The notes under the pieces: model-generated
Told to the model about the DNA's origin: nothing
The model's input: the letters and a program-made list of their open reading frames with translations, nothing else
Database searches by the model: none
DNA from: an uncultured bacterium
GTDB taxonomy: Bacteria > Verrucomicrobiota > Verrucomicrobiia > Limisphaerales > UBA8199
DNA length: 64,000 bases
Assembly (NCBI GenBank): GCA_963749495.1
Contig: CAVVMW010000023.1
Coordinates: 32,001-96,000 of the forward strand
Direction of reading: 5' to 3'
Shown here: positions 19,908-32,600 of the stretch, piece after piece
Numbering within the stretch: position 1 is the first letter of the stretch
Layout of the letters: each line of letters opens with the position of its first letter
Translations under genes and position numbers: made by a program

Positions 19908-20850
19908 ATGCGCGTCGCTTTCACCTCCCTCCCGGACTCGTTGGTCAGCCAGTTGGCCGTTCTGACCGCGCAACAAGCCCAGTTGCAGAGCCAGGTCGCC
20001 TCCGGCAAGCGCATCTCCCAGCTCGAGGACGACCCTGCCGCCATGCAGCAGGTGTTGAACTGGCAGGTCCAAAACAGCTCCACCGCCCAATACCGCCAGA
20101 ACATCACCTCCCTCCAGGAGCAGGCCAACAGCTCCTACAGCGCCCTGGATGGCCTCCAGAAACTCTCGGCCCGCGCCTCGGAAATCGCCACGCTCGCCGA
20201 CGGCACCAAGTCGCCCCAGGAACTCGACATCTACGCCAACGAGGTCAACGGGCTCGATCCAACAAGGCGTTCAACTCATGAACAGCCAGGACCAGGGCCA
20301 GTACCTCTTTGGCGGCACGCTCGCCTCCCAGCCGCCCTTTGTCGCGCAGACCGATGCCTCTGGCAACGTCACCGCCGTCTCTTACCACGGCAATCAGTCG
20401 GTCTCCTCGGCTGAAGTCGCCTCGGGCTTCGCTCTCTCCGTCCAGGCGCCCGGCGCCAATACCACCGGCGCCGGACCCGCCGGGGTTGTCACCGATTCGC
20501 GCAGCGGGGCCGATTTCTTCAACCATCTCATCGACCTGCGCAACAATCTCCAGGTCGGCAACACCCAGGCCATCGCCTCCTCGGACTGCACCGCCCTGAC
20601 CAAGGACCAGGACAACATCACCGCCCAGATCGCCGCCAATGCCCTGGTCCAGGCCCAACTCAGCGACGCCGACTCTGCTGCCTCGGCCCAGTCCACCTCT
20701 CTCGACCAGAATATTTCCCAGGCCTCCGACGTGAACCTGGCCCAGACCCTGACCGAGCTGTCGGCGACCCAAACCGCCTACCAGGCCGCCCTCCAGAGCG
20801 GCGCCAGCCTCCTGAACAAGAACCTCTCGTTGATGGACTATATCCAATGA
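19908..20850 (+). CDS. flgL: Hook-associated protein FlgL (frameshift near 20257)
   Basis: SGKRISQLEDDP at the N-terminus and YLFGG...QTAYQAAL...SLMDYI at the C-terminus, split over two frames. Confidence 0.88.
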
Positions 20851-20924
20851 GCGCCGGGGCGTAACCCAAACGCTCCCGGCGGTCGTAGGGCCTCAATGAA
20901 GGTGGGAGCCTCACGGGGGCCGAC

Positions 20925-21782
20925 CCCTCACCCCAGCCCTCTCCCCATCGGATGGGGAGAGAGGGCGTTCTCGGTGGCGTCCTGAGGGAGCGGAGACCCT
21001 TGAAAGTCACAGAGACTGCCGACGCTTCTCCCTCTCCCCTTTACAAGGGGAGGGTCCACGCCTACCGTCACTGCGTCGCTCCGCGACGCGCGCGCTGCCC
21101 CGGTTCACCGCGTAGCGGTGCCCGATGGTAGCCGTGGACTTCCAGTCCACGGACCCATGGCCCAAGCTCGACCGCGTCGCGTAGCGACGCCTGAAAACCG
21201 CGACGCTGTCAGGCGTCGCTCCGCGACGCGTGACCATTCCCACGCCCTGAGCCGTGGACCGAGGTCCTTGTCGTTACCCACATCGTCGGGTGCCCTCATG
21301 AAGCGGATCTGATGGGCGTCACGGATCTCCGAAGCACATTTCTCATCCCGGAGGGATGCCAGAAGGTAGCCGGGGGTCGAAGCGCAGCGAGACCCCCGGT
21401 GCCGCGACGGCAAGGGATTGCATCCCGGAGGGATGCCAGAAGGCGCCCGCCGCCAACGTGTGCTCTTCTGGCACCCCGCCGGGGTGCAGGGCCACCGACG
21501 CCCTCAACCGGGGGTCGCCGCTGGACGGCGACCCCCGGCTACCTTCTGCCAACCCTCCGGGTTGGCCGGGCGTTGCCGCCGGCTGGTATCAAGGGCGCCT
21601 TTGGCGGCTAAAACCGGCATGCTCCTCAGGCCTTTCTCCCGCCTGCTCAAAAGGGGAACTGATATGACCGCTCAGGAGATGAGAGTAAAGACAAGGACCG
21701 AGGTCCACGGCTACCTTCACTGCGTCGCTACGCGACGCCTCTCCCTCTCCCCTTCGGAAGGGGAGAGGACCGGGGTGAGGGG
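20925..21782. repeat. Nested cluster of REP-like palindromic elements
   Basis: Outer arms cccctcaccccagccctctcccc / ggggagaggaccggggtgagggg; inner gcgtcgct(a/c)cgcgacgc, catcccggagggatg and ccgggggtc..gacccccgg hairpins; no credible CDS. Confidence 0.85.
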
Positions 21783-21945
21783 TCTGGCCCGCGCTCCCCG
21801 CACCTTAGCCCCGGCAAGAATTGACCGCCCTCCGGCACGGATTTTCCTCCCTCCCCCAGCCGTCCTATCGAGCGCAGGCCGGGCCAGGGCGGCAAGAGCC
21901 ACAGGCTCGGCCCCGGACCCCGGAAAAACAGGGGTCGGATCACGC

Positions 21946-21961
21946 TGGCACGTGCTCTGCT
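21946..21961 (+). promoter_or_regulatory. Sigma54 -24/-12 promoter of fliW-csrA-fliC
   Basis: TGGCAC-GTGCT-CTGCT, ending 13 nt before the fliW ATG. Confidence 0.7.
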
Positions 21962-21974
21962 TCGAGCAAGGCGA

Positions 21975-22409
21975 ATGAACTGCACGGTGATAGCGGGAAC
22001 AAGCGGGCTGGAGGCGCGCGGCGAGTGCGCTATCCGCATGCCGCTGGGGTTATTGGGTTTCGAGCACTGCAAGAGCTTCAACCTGGGCGCCCGGCCGCTG
22101 GAAGAGCCGTTTCTATGGCTGCAGAGCGCCGGGGAGCTCAAGGTATCTTTCCTGGTCATGTCGCCTTTTGTCGTGCTGCCGGATTACCGGCCGGACATCC
22201 CGGATGAAGACGCGCAATTCCTGGGCCTTGCAACGGCCGAGGACGCGCTGATCTTCAACGTGGTGACCGTGCGCGGGCCGCAGCAGGCAACCGTCAATTT
22301 AAAGGGGCCGATTGTGCTCAACCGCCGGACGTTGGTGGCCAAACAGGTCATCCCCCTCAATGCCCCGGACTATTCCGTGGCGCACCCGCTGCCCGTCCAG
22401 GGCGGCTGA
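21975..22409 (+). CDS. fliW: Flagellar assembly factor FliW
   Basis: P.GLLGFE...PFLWLQS...F.V..PF...PDY; TVNLKGPIVLN. Confidence 0.93.
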   Translation: MNCTVIAGTSGLEARGECAIRMPLGLLGFEHCKSFNLGARPLEEPFLWLQSAGELKVSFLVMSPFVVLPDYRPDIPDEDAQFLGLATAEDALIFNVVTVRGPQQATVNLKGPIVLNRRTLVAKQVIPLNAPDYSVAHPLPVQGG

Positions 22410-22423
22410 CCTGGAGCGCTTCC

Positions 22424-22747
22424 ATGCTGATCCTCTCGCGGAAACTCAATGAGAGCATCGTCATCGATGGGCGGATCACGGTCAAGGTGGTGCGGATCGA
22501 GGGCGAGGTGATCAAGCTGGGCATCGCAGCGCCCGCGGACGTCCCGGTCCACCGGCAGGAAGTCTATGAGGAGATTCGCCTGAGCAACGAAGCGGCGGCA
22601 ACCCAACAGCCCGGTCCGGTGCCGAAGCTTTCGACTCGCGGCGCGGCGCCCCAGGCGCGCTCGCGCTCTGAGGGCTGGCAGGAGTGCCGGCCCGAATCTG
22701 ACACCGAGGTCAGAATCCAGGACCAAACCAAACCCAAAGAAGCCTAG
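22424..22747 (+). CDS. csrA: Carbon storage regulator CsrA with C-terminal extension
   Basis: MLILSRKLNESIVID..I.VKV......KLGI.AP..VPVHRQEVY. Confidence 0.95.
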   Translation: MLILSRKLNESIVIDGRITVKVVRIEGEVIKLGIAAPADVPVHRQEVYEEIRLSNEAAATQQPGPVPKLSTRGAAPQARSRSEGWQECRPESDTEVRIQDQTKPKEA

Positions 22748-22752
22748 AACTT

Positions 22753-23562
22753 ATGACAATCACGACCAACCTCCAGGCGCTCATCGGCGCCGACAACCTC
22801 AATGCAGCGCAGGCCCGGCTCAACAAGTCGCTGGCCCGCCTGAGCTCCGGCTCCAAGATTATCTCGCCGGGTGACGACGCGGCCGGCCTGGCGGCCTCCA
22901 CACAACTGGACGCCACCATCCAGCGCACCCAGGCCGCCCAGAGCAACGTCGCCAATGCCCTCTCGTTCACCCAAACCCAAGACGGCTACCTGGGCAAGAT
23001 CGCCACCGCCCTCAGCCGCATGAGCGAACTCTCCGTCCTGGCCCTCGATGAGACCAAGAGCGACAACGACCGCCAGCTCTACGACAAGGAGTTCCAACAG
23101 CTTAACTCGTATATCGTCGCGACGGCCGGAAAAGACTTCAACGGCGTCAGCTTGTTCTCCACCAGCTCCGTGGGCATCACCCTCGATGCCAACGATGCGC
23201 TCTCCTTGTCCATGGCCGGCATCAACCTGACTACCGGCGCCTATGGCGCCGTTGATGCCACCAACATCGCGACCACGGTCGCGGCCGGCGCCGCCATGGA
23301 TGCCGTCAACCTGGCCATCAATCAACTCTCCACAGATCGCGCCAGCCTCGGCTCCTACCAGGCCCGCCTCAACTACAGCGCCGACCAATTGGCCGTGGGC
23401 AACCAAAACCTCACGGCCGCCAACTCGGCAATCAAGGACGTGGACGTCGCCAACGAATCCACCGAGTACGCCCGCGAAAACATCCTGGTGCAATCGGCCA
23501 CCGCGATGCTCGCCCAGGCCAACCAGTTGCCCGCCACGGTCCTCAAGCTGATTACCGGCTAA
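22753..23562 (+). CDS. fliC: Flagellin (minimal, 269 aa)
   Basis: RLSSGSKI...DDAAGLA; DRASLGSYQARL; NLTAANSAIKDVDVA.E...ILVQSA.AMLAQAN. Confidence 0.95.
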   Translation: MTITTNLQALIGADNLNAAQARLNKSLARLSSGSKIISPGDDAAGLAASTQLDATIQRTQAAQSNVANALSFTQTQDGYLGKIATALSRMSELSVLALDETKSDNDRQLYDKEFQQLNSYIVATAGKDFNGVSLFSTSSVGITLDANDALSLSMAGINLTTGAYGAVDATNIATTVAAGAAMDAVNLAINQLSTDRASLGSYQARLNYSADQLAVGNQNLTAANSAIKDVDVANESTEYARENILVQSATAMLAQANQLPATVLKLITG

Positions 23563-23674
23563 GCGGCCGCCAGGGGGGACCCAAGCCGGCGGATGCCGCG
23601 CAGTTCTCGCGTCGCGGGCCCGATGCCGGCGATTGACACCGGGGTCTTTGTTCACCTGAAACCGATCCAACCGT

Positions 23675-26600
23675 ATGCCAAGGTTCACGCTGAAAGCCGA
23701 ACGACCCGTTGCCGTCGATTCACCCGACCATCTGAGCCCCCACGGTACGAAGCGCGACAACAGCCGAAACCCGATCTTCAACAAGAAGCTTGAGCACCTG
23801 CTGGGGCGCAAACCGCTCTGGGTGCTGGACTTGGGGTGCGCCGGAGGAGGCTTCGTCAAAGACTGCCTGGACCAGGGGCATACGGCGGTAGGGCTCGAAG
23901 GTAGTGATTACAGCAAGAAACAGCAACGCGCCGAATGGGCGACCATTCCCGAGCATCTGTTTACCTGTGATGTCTCCCGCCCGTTCGAATTGTCGTGCCT
24001 GGTCGAGTCCAACCATGAAACGACCCCGGTGCAGTTCGATGTCATTACCGCCTGGGAATTTATCGAACACATCAAGGAAGAGAACCTCCCGCAGGTCTGT
24101 CAAAACGCGTTGCGGCATCTGCGGCCAGGCGGCCTCTGGATCATGAGTGTTTCCCCCAATCACGAGGTGATTGACGGCAGGGTTCTCCACCAGACCGTCC
24201 AAAGTGCCGGCTGGTGGTTGAACTTCTTCAAGCAGCAAGGCTTCCAAAACCATCCCGAACTGGTGCAATACTTCGATTGCGACTGGGTGCGAGGTCCGCT
24301 GCAGAACGCGCCGGGCAGTTTCCACCTGATCTTAACCCGTCAGGGAGAAATCCCTCCTCGCCCGCCCTCTGACGCAGCCTGCTCGCCGGAGGACCTGTTG
24401 GCTGCCGGAAAAGAATTCCTTGCCGAACAGGCCTCCCCGAGCTACGCCGAGTACCTCTTGCGTCGCGCACTGCCGTTGGTTTCGCCTGGCACAAGGGTGG
24501 AGACTGGCAAGCTTCTGTCGGAACGTAACGTCCTGCTGGAATTGGCACTGGAGTGTTTCGACCGGGCCGCGCCATCCCAGGATGCTAATCCCGAATTGCC
24601 AGGGTTGCGCGCCTCGTGCCTGTTGCGGCTCTGTCGCTTTTCAGAAGCCGAAGACGTGGTCAACGCCGCGCGCCAAGATCACCCCAATGACACCGCCTTG
24701 CGGCAACTCCGTCAGGAAATTATGGGCCTCCTCGAAGACCCCGCGCGCGCCGAGCCCTATGGCCAGGAGGAATTCTGGCGGCGCGTCCATTTGGGCATAT
24801 TCCTCCGCAAGCACGGCCTGCTCGACCAATCGGCCGAGCAGCTCGCTCGAGCGGTGGCGCTGGACCGGGCCCGACGAGAGCGGCACGACCCATTACCGCG
24901 AGACGCTCAAGCTGCTCATCCAGCGGGCGCTTGAGGCTGGAAAAACCGAAGAGGCCATGCGGTTGTTCAAGACCGGCGGTGATGACGGAGGTGATCCCGA
25001 GTGGCGGGCGCTTGCGGACACAATCCGCGCGACAGATGGCGTTGCGCCCTCGCCGGCGGCGGTTGCCCAAGAGAGCCATGCCCAAAGGACCGCTGATCTC
25101 GTCGTCGGCCCGGACGAACATCGAGTTGTCGTAACCGCCGAGCAAACCGCTGCACCGGCGCCGCGTCCAGTCTCTGGGGGTCGCGCGGGCGGACCCAAGT
25201 TCTCGATCGTCACCCCCAGCCTCAATTGCGCGGGGTTGATTCGCCACTGCATCGAGAGCGTGCTGGCCCAGGGCTACCGGAACCTCGAGCATATCATCGT
25301 GGATGGAGCCTCTAAAGATGGCACGGTCGAAATCCTCAAACAGTATCCTCATGTGAGGTGGATTTCCGAGCCGGACCATGGCGAGGCGGAAGCGCTCAAC
25401 AAGGCACTGCGCCTGGTCACCGGAGATGTGATCGGGTGGCTCAATGCCGACGACCAGTACGTCCCCGGGGCGTTGCCCAAAGCGGCCCGGTGCTTCGAGG
25501 AGGATGCCTCGCGCCACCTGGTCTATGGGAAGACTGCCTTCATTGACGAGCAGGGCCAGCCGACCAATTGGGTCATGCCCTACGCGCCGCTCAACCTGAC
25601 GACCCTCGCGCGATGGTTCCGCCTGGACCTGTTCCAACCCTCGATCTTCTTCTCGGCCGCACTGTTCCGCGATGTCGGGCTCTTTCGCGAGGACTTGAAA
25701 TACGGCGTGGATTACGAGTATTGGCTGCGCATCGCCGAGAAGGGCTACGCGTTTTGCTACCTGGATCATGTGGTGTCCATGGCCATGATCTATCGCTCGG
25801 GCGGCAAGACCGAGACCCCATATGCCGCCAAGGCCCAGGAGTGGCTCGACATCCTCCGCCGATTCCTGCCGCGCCTGAGCGTGGGCGAGAGGATTCACTT
25901 CTGGAAGGACTTTTATCTGTTCCGCTCGCGCATGGCCAAGGCCTACTACGATAACGCGCCCATTCCGTTGCCGGAATCCGGTGAGGCCTGCACGGGCTTG
26001 CTCCTTGCCCACAAAGAGGCCGGATTTCTCAAACCGGACCAAATTCTGGCCATCCTCAATCAAACGCCGCACGGCAAGACAGCCAATTCCCTCGGGGTCG
26101 CTGCCGAAATATTCCGCATCCTCGGCCTGAAGGAGGAGTGCAAGCCAGTCTTCAGTCAGGCCCTGGGACTGGATAGGGAGGGTCCCGCGAGACCCGACGC
26201 TCCCGTCGCCCCTGCCCCTCCCCGACCCCAACCAACCCAGCCCGCACCCAGGCAGGCCACGTTTGCCCGATCGAAGCGCGCCAAAAGGCGCGCGCTCATC
26301 TTCTGGCCTTACTGTGCCTTGCCGCCGCAAACGGGCGCGCACGGGGTCGAACTGAGTGACTTCAGCGCGCTCAGGGAACTGGGATTCGATGTGACTCTCT
26401 GCGGCACGACTTTGTGTACGGATAACCCGTGGGATCCGCTTGGCCGCGCGGATGTGCAGAAAATGCTCGGGGCGCGAGTCTATTTCCATTCCGGCACCCC
26501 GGCCGATTTCGAATATGTCCACCAGCAGGAGAGACTCAGCCCCAAGGGGTGGGCGCGCTTCACGCCGCCCAGCCTGCTCGAGCATTTCCGCCAGGTCTTC

Positions 26601-29600
26601 GCGCACGAACAACCGGACCTGGTGCTCGTTCACTACCCTCGGTGGGGCAGGCTCGCCCTGGGCGAGGAATTTCAATCTGCCGTCCGTATCGTGCGCAGCC
26701 TTGATGTCACGACCGTCAACCAGCAGATGCTCGATGCCCTCACTCCCCGGCTCTCCTTCCCGGCCGACCCGAATCGAGTCGACCCCGCAATCCTCGAGGA
26801 GACCTTCTTTGCCGGCCTGGAGAACTCCCTCAAAACCGCGCGACGGGAGGAGTTCGACATTTACAACGGCTACGACGCAGTGGCTGCCCTGACGAGGGCG
26901 GACGCCCGGACCATTCAAGGGCGGGTCCGTGGCCCGGCGGTCTGCTTCGTCCCCGCCCTGGCGCCCCCGGCCAACGACCTCGCCAACACTTACAACGGCG
27001 GCCCTGTCCTGGCGATCTCCGATTATGCCCTGAACTATCAGGCCTACCTCTACTTTGCGGCGCGCGTGCTGCCTCGAATCCGACGGGAGATCCCGTCGTT
27101 CGAATTGACGGTCGTCGGCAGGGCCTGCGAGAAGCTGGCGCCCGTGACGGGTGTTCGCCCGTTGGGCTTCGTTCTGGACCTGGCGCCGGTGTACAAAGAG
27201 GCGCGGTTTGCGGTATGCCCCCTCATCGGCGGCACAGGCATCCAGGTGAAGATCGTCGAGGCCATGGCGAACGGCCTGCCGGTGATCGCCCTGGCCAATG
27301 TCGCGGCCAAGGTCCCGATCGTCCACGGGGTCAACGGCTTCGTCGCCGACAAGGCCGAGGCCTTCGCCCAATATGCCGTGCAGCTCAGCCGCGACGCGCG
27401 TCTGTGCCGCAAACTGGGGCAGGCGGCCCGCGCGACCATCCGGGAGGAGTTTTCTTTCGCCAAGAAGCTGGAGGCCTGGCAGGCCGCGCTGGCCGCCGCC
27501 GAGCAAGTGCGGGCGGCCGCCGCCCAGGGCCGTGCCTCTCAGCCGGCCCGGCCTCCGGCAGCGGGGCCCCAGCCGCCCGCGCGCCCCGCACCTGTTCAGG
27601 TCTGCCTCACGCGCCCAGCGGAACAGTTGCCGCGGCCCGTCATCGTTTCGCAACCCGCCCGCTCGTTGCCGAAGTTTTCGATTATCACGCCCTCCTTCAA
27701 TTGCGCCCAGTACCTGCGCTGCTGCATCGAGAGCGTGCTCGCCCAGGGCTATTCCAACTTCGAACAGATCGTCGTGGACGGCGGCTCCAAGGACGGCACG
27801 GTCGAGATCCTCAAATCCTATCCCCACCTCAAGTGGGTTTCCGAGCCGGACAAAGGGGAAGCCAACGCGCTGAACAAAGGGCTGCGTCTGGTCGGCGGCG
27901 ACATCATTGGCTGGCTCAATGCCGACGACTTCTACGCGGAGGGCACGTTGCACGCGGTGGCGGGGCTGCTGGACCCTGCGGCGGGCAAGCATGTCGTGTA
28001 CGGCAAGACGCTGATGCTGGAGGAGAACGACCGCCCGAGCGGGCTGCGCATCCCCATTGTGCCGGCCAACCTCTACACCCTGATGCGGTGGTACCGCCAC
28101 CTCCAGATCTATCAGCCCTCGATGTTCCTGGCCCGGTCCGTGGTCCAGCGAGTTGGTGCGTTTCGCGAAGACCTCTCCTATTCGGTGGACCTCGAGTACC
28201 TGGATTCGCATCGCCATGGAGGGCTTCTCCTTCCATTACGTGGACCGGATATTGTCCCGGATGCGGTTGATGCGCAGCGGCGGCAAGACCTCGCACACTT
28301 ATGCCGCCAAGGACCGGGATTGGCTGGCGGCGTGCCTGCCTGCACTCCAGGGATTGTCGGGACCCGAGCGGGTGGCCTTCTGGAAAGACTACTATTCGCA
28401 CCGACTGCTCAATGCCGGCCTCTACGAGGGCGCGCCCTTATGTGAACCGCCTGACGACCAGGCAGGGCGCGGCCTTTTCCTGGCCGCGCTGGACGCCGGC
28501 CGATTGGGCCATTTCATACCCGGGCTCGAGGCGGCCGTGCGCCGGTTCCCGGAGGCGGGGGATTTTCGCTGGTTCTTGGGCGAGGCCCTGGCCAGTGCCG
28601 GACGCCCCGAGGAGTCCGCTCAAGCCTTCTGTGCTGCCGCCCGCCTTGCCAATCCGGACCATACTCCCACGGCCAGCGTCAGCGCCGCCCCTTCGTCATT
28701 CGTCATTCGTCATTCGTCATTCGTCCCTCCCGCATCGCCGGAGTCCCAAGCCGAGCCAATCTCGGCAGCCATCGCCTCGCCTGCCGTCCGCAGCCGGCGG
28801 GCCCTGGTGTTTTTCCCCATGCCTTTGAGCCGGCGCGCACGGGCGCGCACCGGCGCTGCATCTCGATGTTGCAAGGCCTGCAGGCCCTGGGCTACGAGGT
28901 CGAGTTGGTCTCCAGCGACCTCTTCACCGATCAACCCTGGACCGAGTCCGGCATCGAGGCCATTCGGAGGAGCTACGGCGTCAACGTGCAGTTGCACCGG
29001 GGCACTCCTCTGGACAGGCAATTCGTCCAACAAGCCGCGGCGGCGGGGCGGCTCTGGGACCTGCACGTGCCGCCGGGGCTGCGGGGTTTCTTCAGCGAGG
29101 CCTGCCGGACCCTCCAGCCGGAGTTGGTCTTGATCAATTATGCCTACTGGGCGGGCCTGGCGGGCGGGCCTGGCCTCGAGGCTCCGATCCGGCTGATCGA
29201 GATGCACGACCTGGTCACATTGAGCCGCGCCCGGGCGATGGCCGCCAACCGGTTCCTCCCGCAGCCGCCGTTCACCTTGCGCACGACCAACCCGGTCTTC
29301 CTGCAGGAAGATTTCTTCGAAAAGCTCAACCTCGCTCCGGCGCCCGGCGAGTTCGCGCAATACGCCCCGTTCGACGGCGTGATTGCCATCTCGCCCACCG
29401 AGGCCGAGATGGTCCGGCAACATGTCCCGGGCGCCAATGTGCATTACCTGCCCGTGGCCTTGCCGGTGCGGGACCTGGACAACACCTACGCCGGCGCGCC
29501 GCTCCTGGTAATCTCGAACAATCCTTTCAACATTCAGGGCTACCTCTTTTTCGCGAGGGACATTCTCCCGCGATTGCGCCGGGAGGTCCCGGGCCTCACG

Positions 29601-32600
29601 GTGGAGGTGATCGGCAATGTCTGCCAATACCTTCAGCCGGCCCCCGGGATGAATTTCGCAGGGTATGTGGACGACCTGGCCCGGGCCTACCGGGCGGGCC
29701 GGTTTGCCCTGTGCCCGCTGCTCTGCGGCACGGGCCAGCAGGTCAAGGTCGCCGAGGCCATGGCGCACGGCCTGCCTGTGGTGGTCATGCGCCACGTGGC
29801 CGGCAGCTCTCCGGTCCAGCACCAGGTTAATGGCCTGGTGGCCAATAACGCCGCCGAGTTCGCCCAGGCGGTTCTGCAGTTGTACCGCGATCCCGCCCTT
29901 TGCCGCCGGTTTGGCCAGGCCGCGCGCCAGCAGATGCAAGCGCGCTTTTCGCCGGAGGAGTTTGCCAGCCGCCTCCAGGCGGCCATCGAAACCGCCCGCC
30001 AAAGGCGGGATGAACGGCTCAAAGGCACCGCCCAGCCGGCTGCCATCCCTCAACCTCAACTGTCGGCAGCGCCCAAGGCGGCCAGCTTGAATTGGCGCGA
30101 CTTGCCCGGCCGCGCGGCGCAGCCCGAATCCGCCTCGGTTTCACCGTCAGCCTCCGCCAAGCCCGCGGAGGCCCAGCCCGGCACTACCCCCGGAGTGCGC
30201 CCGTCCCCGGGCGCAGCAGCGACGGAGCGTGCAGGCGCGCTGGAGTGTTTGACCGCTGCCCTGGCTGCGGACATGGCTGCGCCCGGGGACGGGCGCACTC
30301 CGTTCTCGCCCCCGGCGGTGGGGGCAATATCAGGATGCGCCCCGGCTTCGGAGCCTGCCGGTCCGCGCGGGGCCAAGGTGCTCATCGATGGCGTGATCTT
30401 TCAGTTGCAGCAGAAGGCCCCGGCCGGGATCGCCCGGGTCTGGACATCGCTGCTGACCGAGTTGGGCAAGAGCAACCTGGCCAAAGACATCCTGCTGCTG
30501 GACCGGGCCAGCACCGCCCCGGCCATCCCGGGCATCCAAACGCGGCCCGCCCCGGCCTATGACGGCCTGCGGTTCGAGAGCGACCCGCTCCTGTTGCAGG
30601 AGATCTGCCAGCGGGAACAGGCCGGACTGTTCGTCTCGACCTACTACACCTTCCCGGAGCGGACCCACTCGATGATCATGCTCCATGACATGATCCCCGA
30701 GGTCACCGGCCAGGACCTCAGCCTCCCCGAATGGCGCGCCAAGGCAACGGCCATCCAAAAGGCCAGCGCCTATCTCTGCGTCTCCAATTCGACCATGACC
30801 GATTTCCGCCAACTCCATCCCGAGCTGACCGGCCGCCCCGTCTATCTCACACCCAATGCCGTGGGCGATGAATTCCACAGCGCCCCACTGGACGAGGTCG
30901 CGGCGTTCTGCTCCCGGTTCGGGATTCGCAGGTCCTACTTCCTGCTGGTTGGCCGGCGCGCCCTCTACAAGAACGCGCAGTTGTTCTGCCGCGCCTTCGC
31001 CTCTTGGGAGCGACGCGCCCAATTTGACATCGTCTGCGCCGGCGGCGCCCCTGAGCTGGAACGCAGCCTCCAGGGCCTCCTCCACGGCCTGCCTTGCCAC
31101 GTGCTCGCGCTGAGCGACGCCGAACTGGCGGCCGCGTATTCGGGCGCCGCCGCCCTGGTCTATCCTTCGCGCTGCGAAGGCTTCGGCCTGCCCATCCTCG
31201 AGGCCCACAAATGCGGTTGCCCGGTCATCACCTGCCGCAACTCCTCACTCCCCGAGGTCGCCGGCCAGGCCGCCCTGTTCGTCGGAGAGAACGATGTCGC
31301 CGGCCTCCAGGCTGCCTTGGGCCGGGTCCTGGACGACGCAACCCGGCGCCGCCTCATCGAGCAGGGCCTTGAAAACACCCGGCGCTTCTCCTGGGCCCGC
31401 ACCGCCGGCGCCCTGGTCGAGGCAGTGAAGGCCGTGCGCTCTCAGACTGCCCCGTTGGAGCTCAGGAGCGCAGACCCGCTGAACACGGTCGAGCGGCTCG
31501 CTTGGGGCCTGGCCAAAAACGACCAGCGCGCCACCGCCTCCGGCTTGCTCGATTACACTCGGATGGCCCTCAACCGCCGTCCCCCGGACCTGGCGGGCAT
31601 GGCCAGGCTCGAACAGGACCTCGCCCCCGCCCTGGCCGGCCTGCACCGCGCCTTGGCCTCGTTGCCCGAGAGCAACGGGGACAGCGACGCCCTGCTCTGC
31701 TTTTTCCACGGCCTGGCCCTCGAGCATCGGCTCGAACTCAAGCCCGCCTTGCGCGCCTATTCGAAGGCCTTGACCGCCTCGACTCCCTCCCAGGCAGCCG
31801 AATTCCGCGTCCGCCTCGGCCTGCGCATCGCTCGCATCGCACTCGAATTAGGCGACCCGGGCGTCTGTGAGCAGGTCCTCCTGGCCTGCGTGCTGCCCAT
31901 CGACCCGCAAAATGCCCAGGCCCACGAACTCCTGAAACAAACGCGCGGAGAAAAACCAGCACCTCCAGCCGAGGCGTCCGCCGCCGACCCAAGCCCGCGT
32001 TCCGATACCGCCACCGAGCCCGCCCCTTCGTCATTCGTCATTCGTCATTCGTCATTGGCTCCGCCCCTCGTCTCCGCTCTGGTCTCCGCCTACAATTCCG
32101 TGCGGTTCATGCGCGGGTGCCTGGAGGACCTCGAGCGCCAAACCATCGCAGACCGGCTCGAGATCATCGTCGTCAACAGCGCCTCGCCCCAGAACGAGCG
32201 CGCCGTCGTCCAGGAATTCCAAAAACGCTACTCGAACATCGTCTATATCCGCACCGAAGAGCGCGAGACGGTCTATGGCGCTTGGAACCGCGCCATCCGC
32301 GCCGCTCATGGCAAGTACTTGACCAACGCCAATACCGACGACCGGCATCGGCCGGACGCCTTCGAGGTCCTGGCGCGCGCCCTGGACCAGCACCCGGAGG
32401 TGGCGTTGGTCTATGCCGATTGCCTTATCACCCGCACCGAAAACCAGACCTTCGAGACCGCCACCGTGGTCCGCACTTACCAATGGCTGGATTTCAACCG
32501 CGCCGACCTCGTTCTCAAGGGGTGCTTTGTGGGACCGCAGCCGATGTGGCGGCGCGAGGTGCATGACGAACACGGCTGCTTCGACCCCGGCTTCGTCTCG

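Noticed and set aside
20851..21974. Short ORFs between flgL and fliW
   Set aside because: They are translations of palindromic repeats with no protein-like signal.
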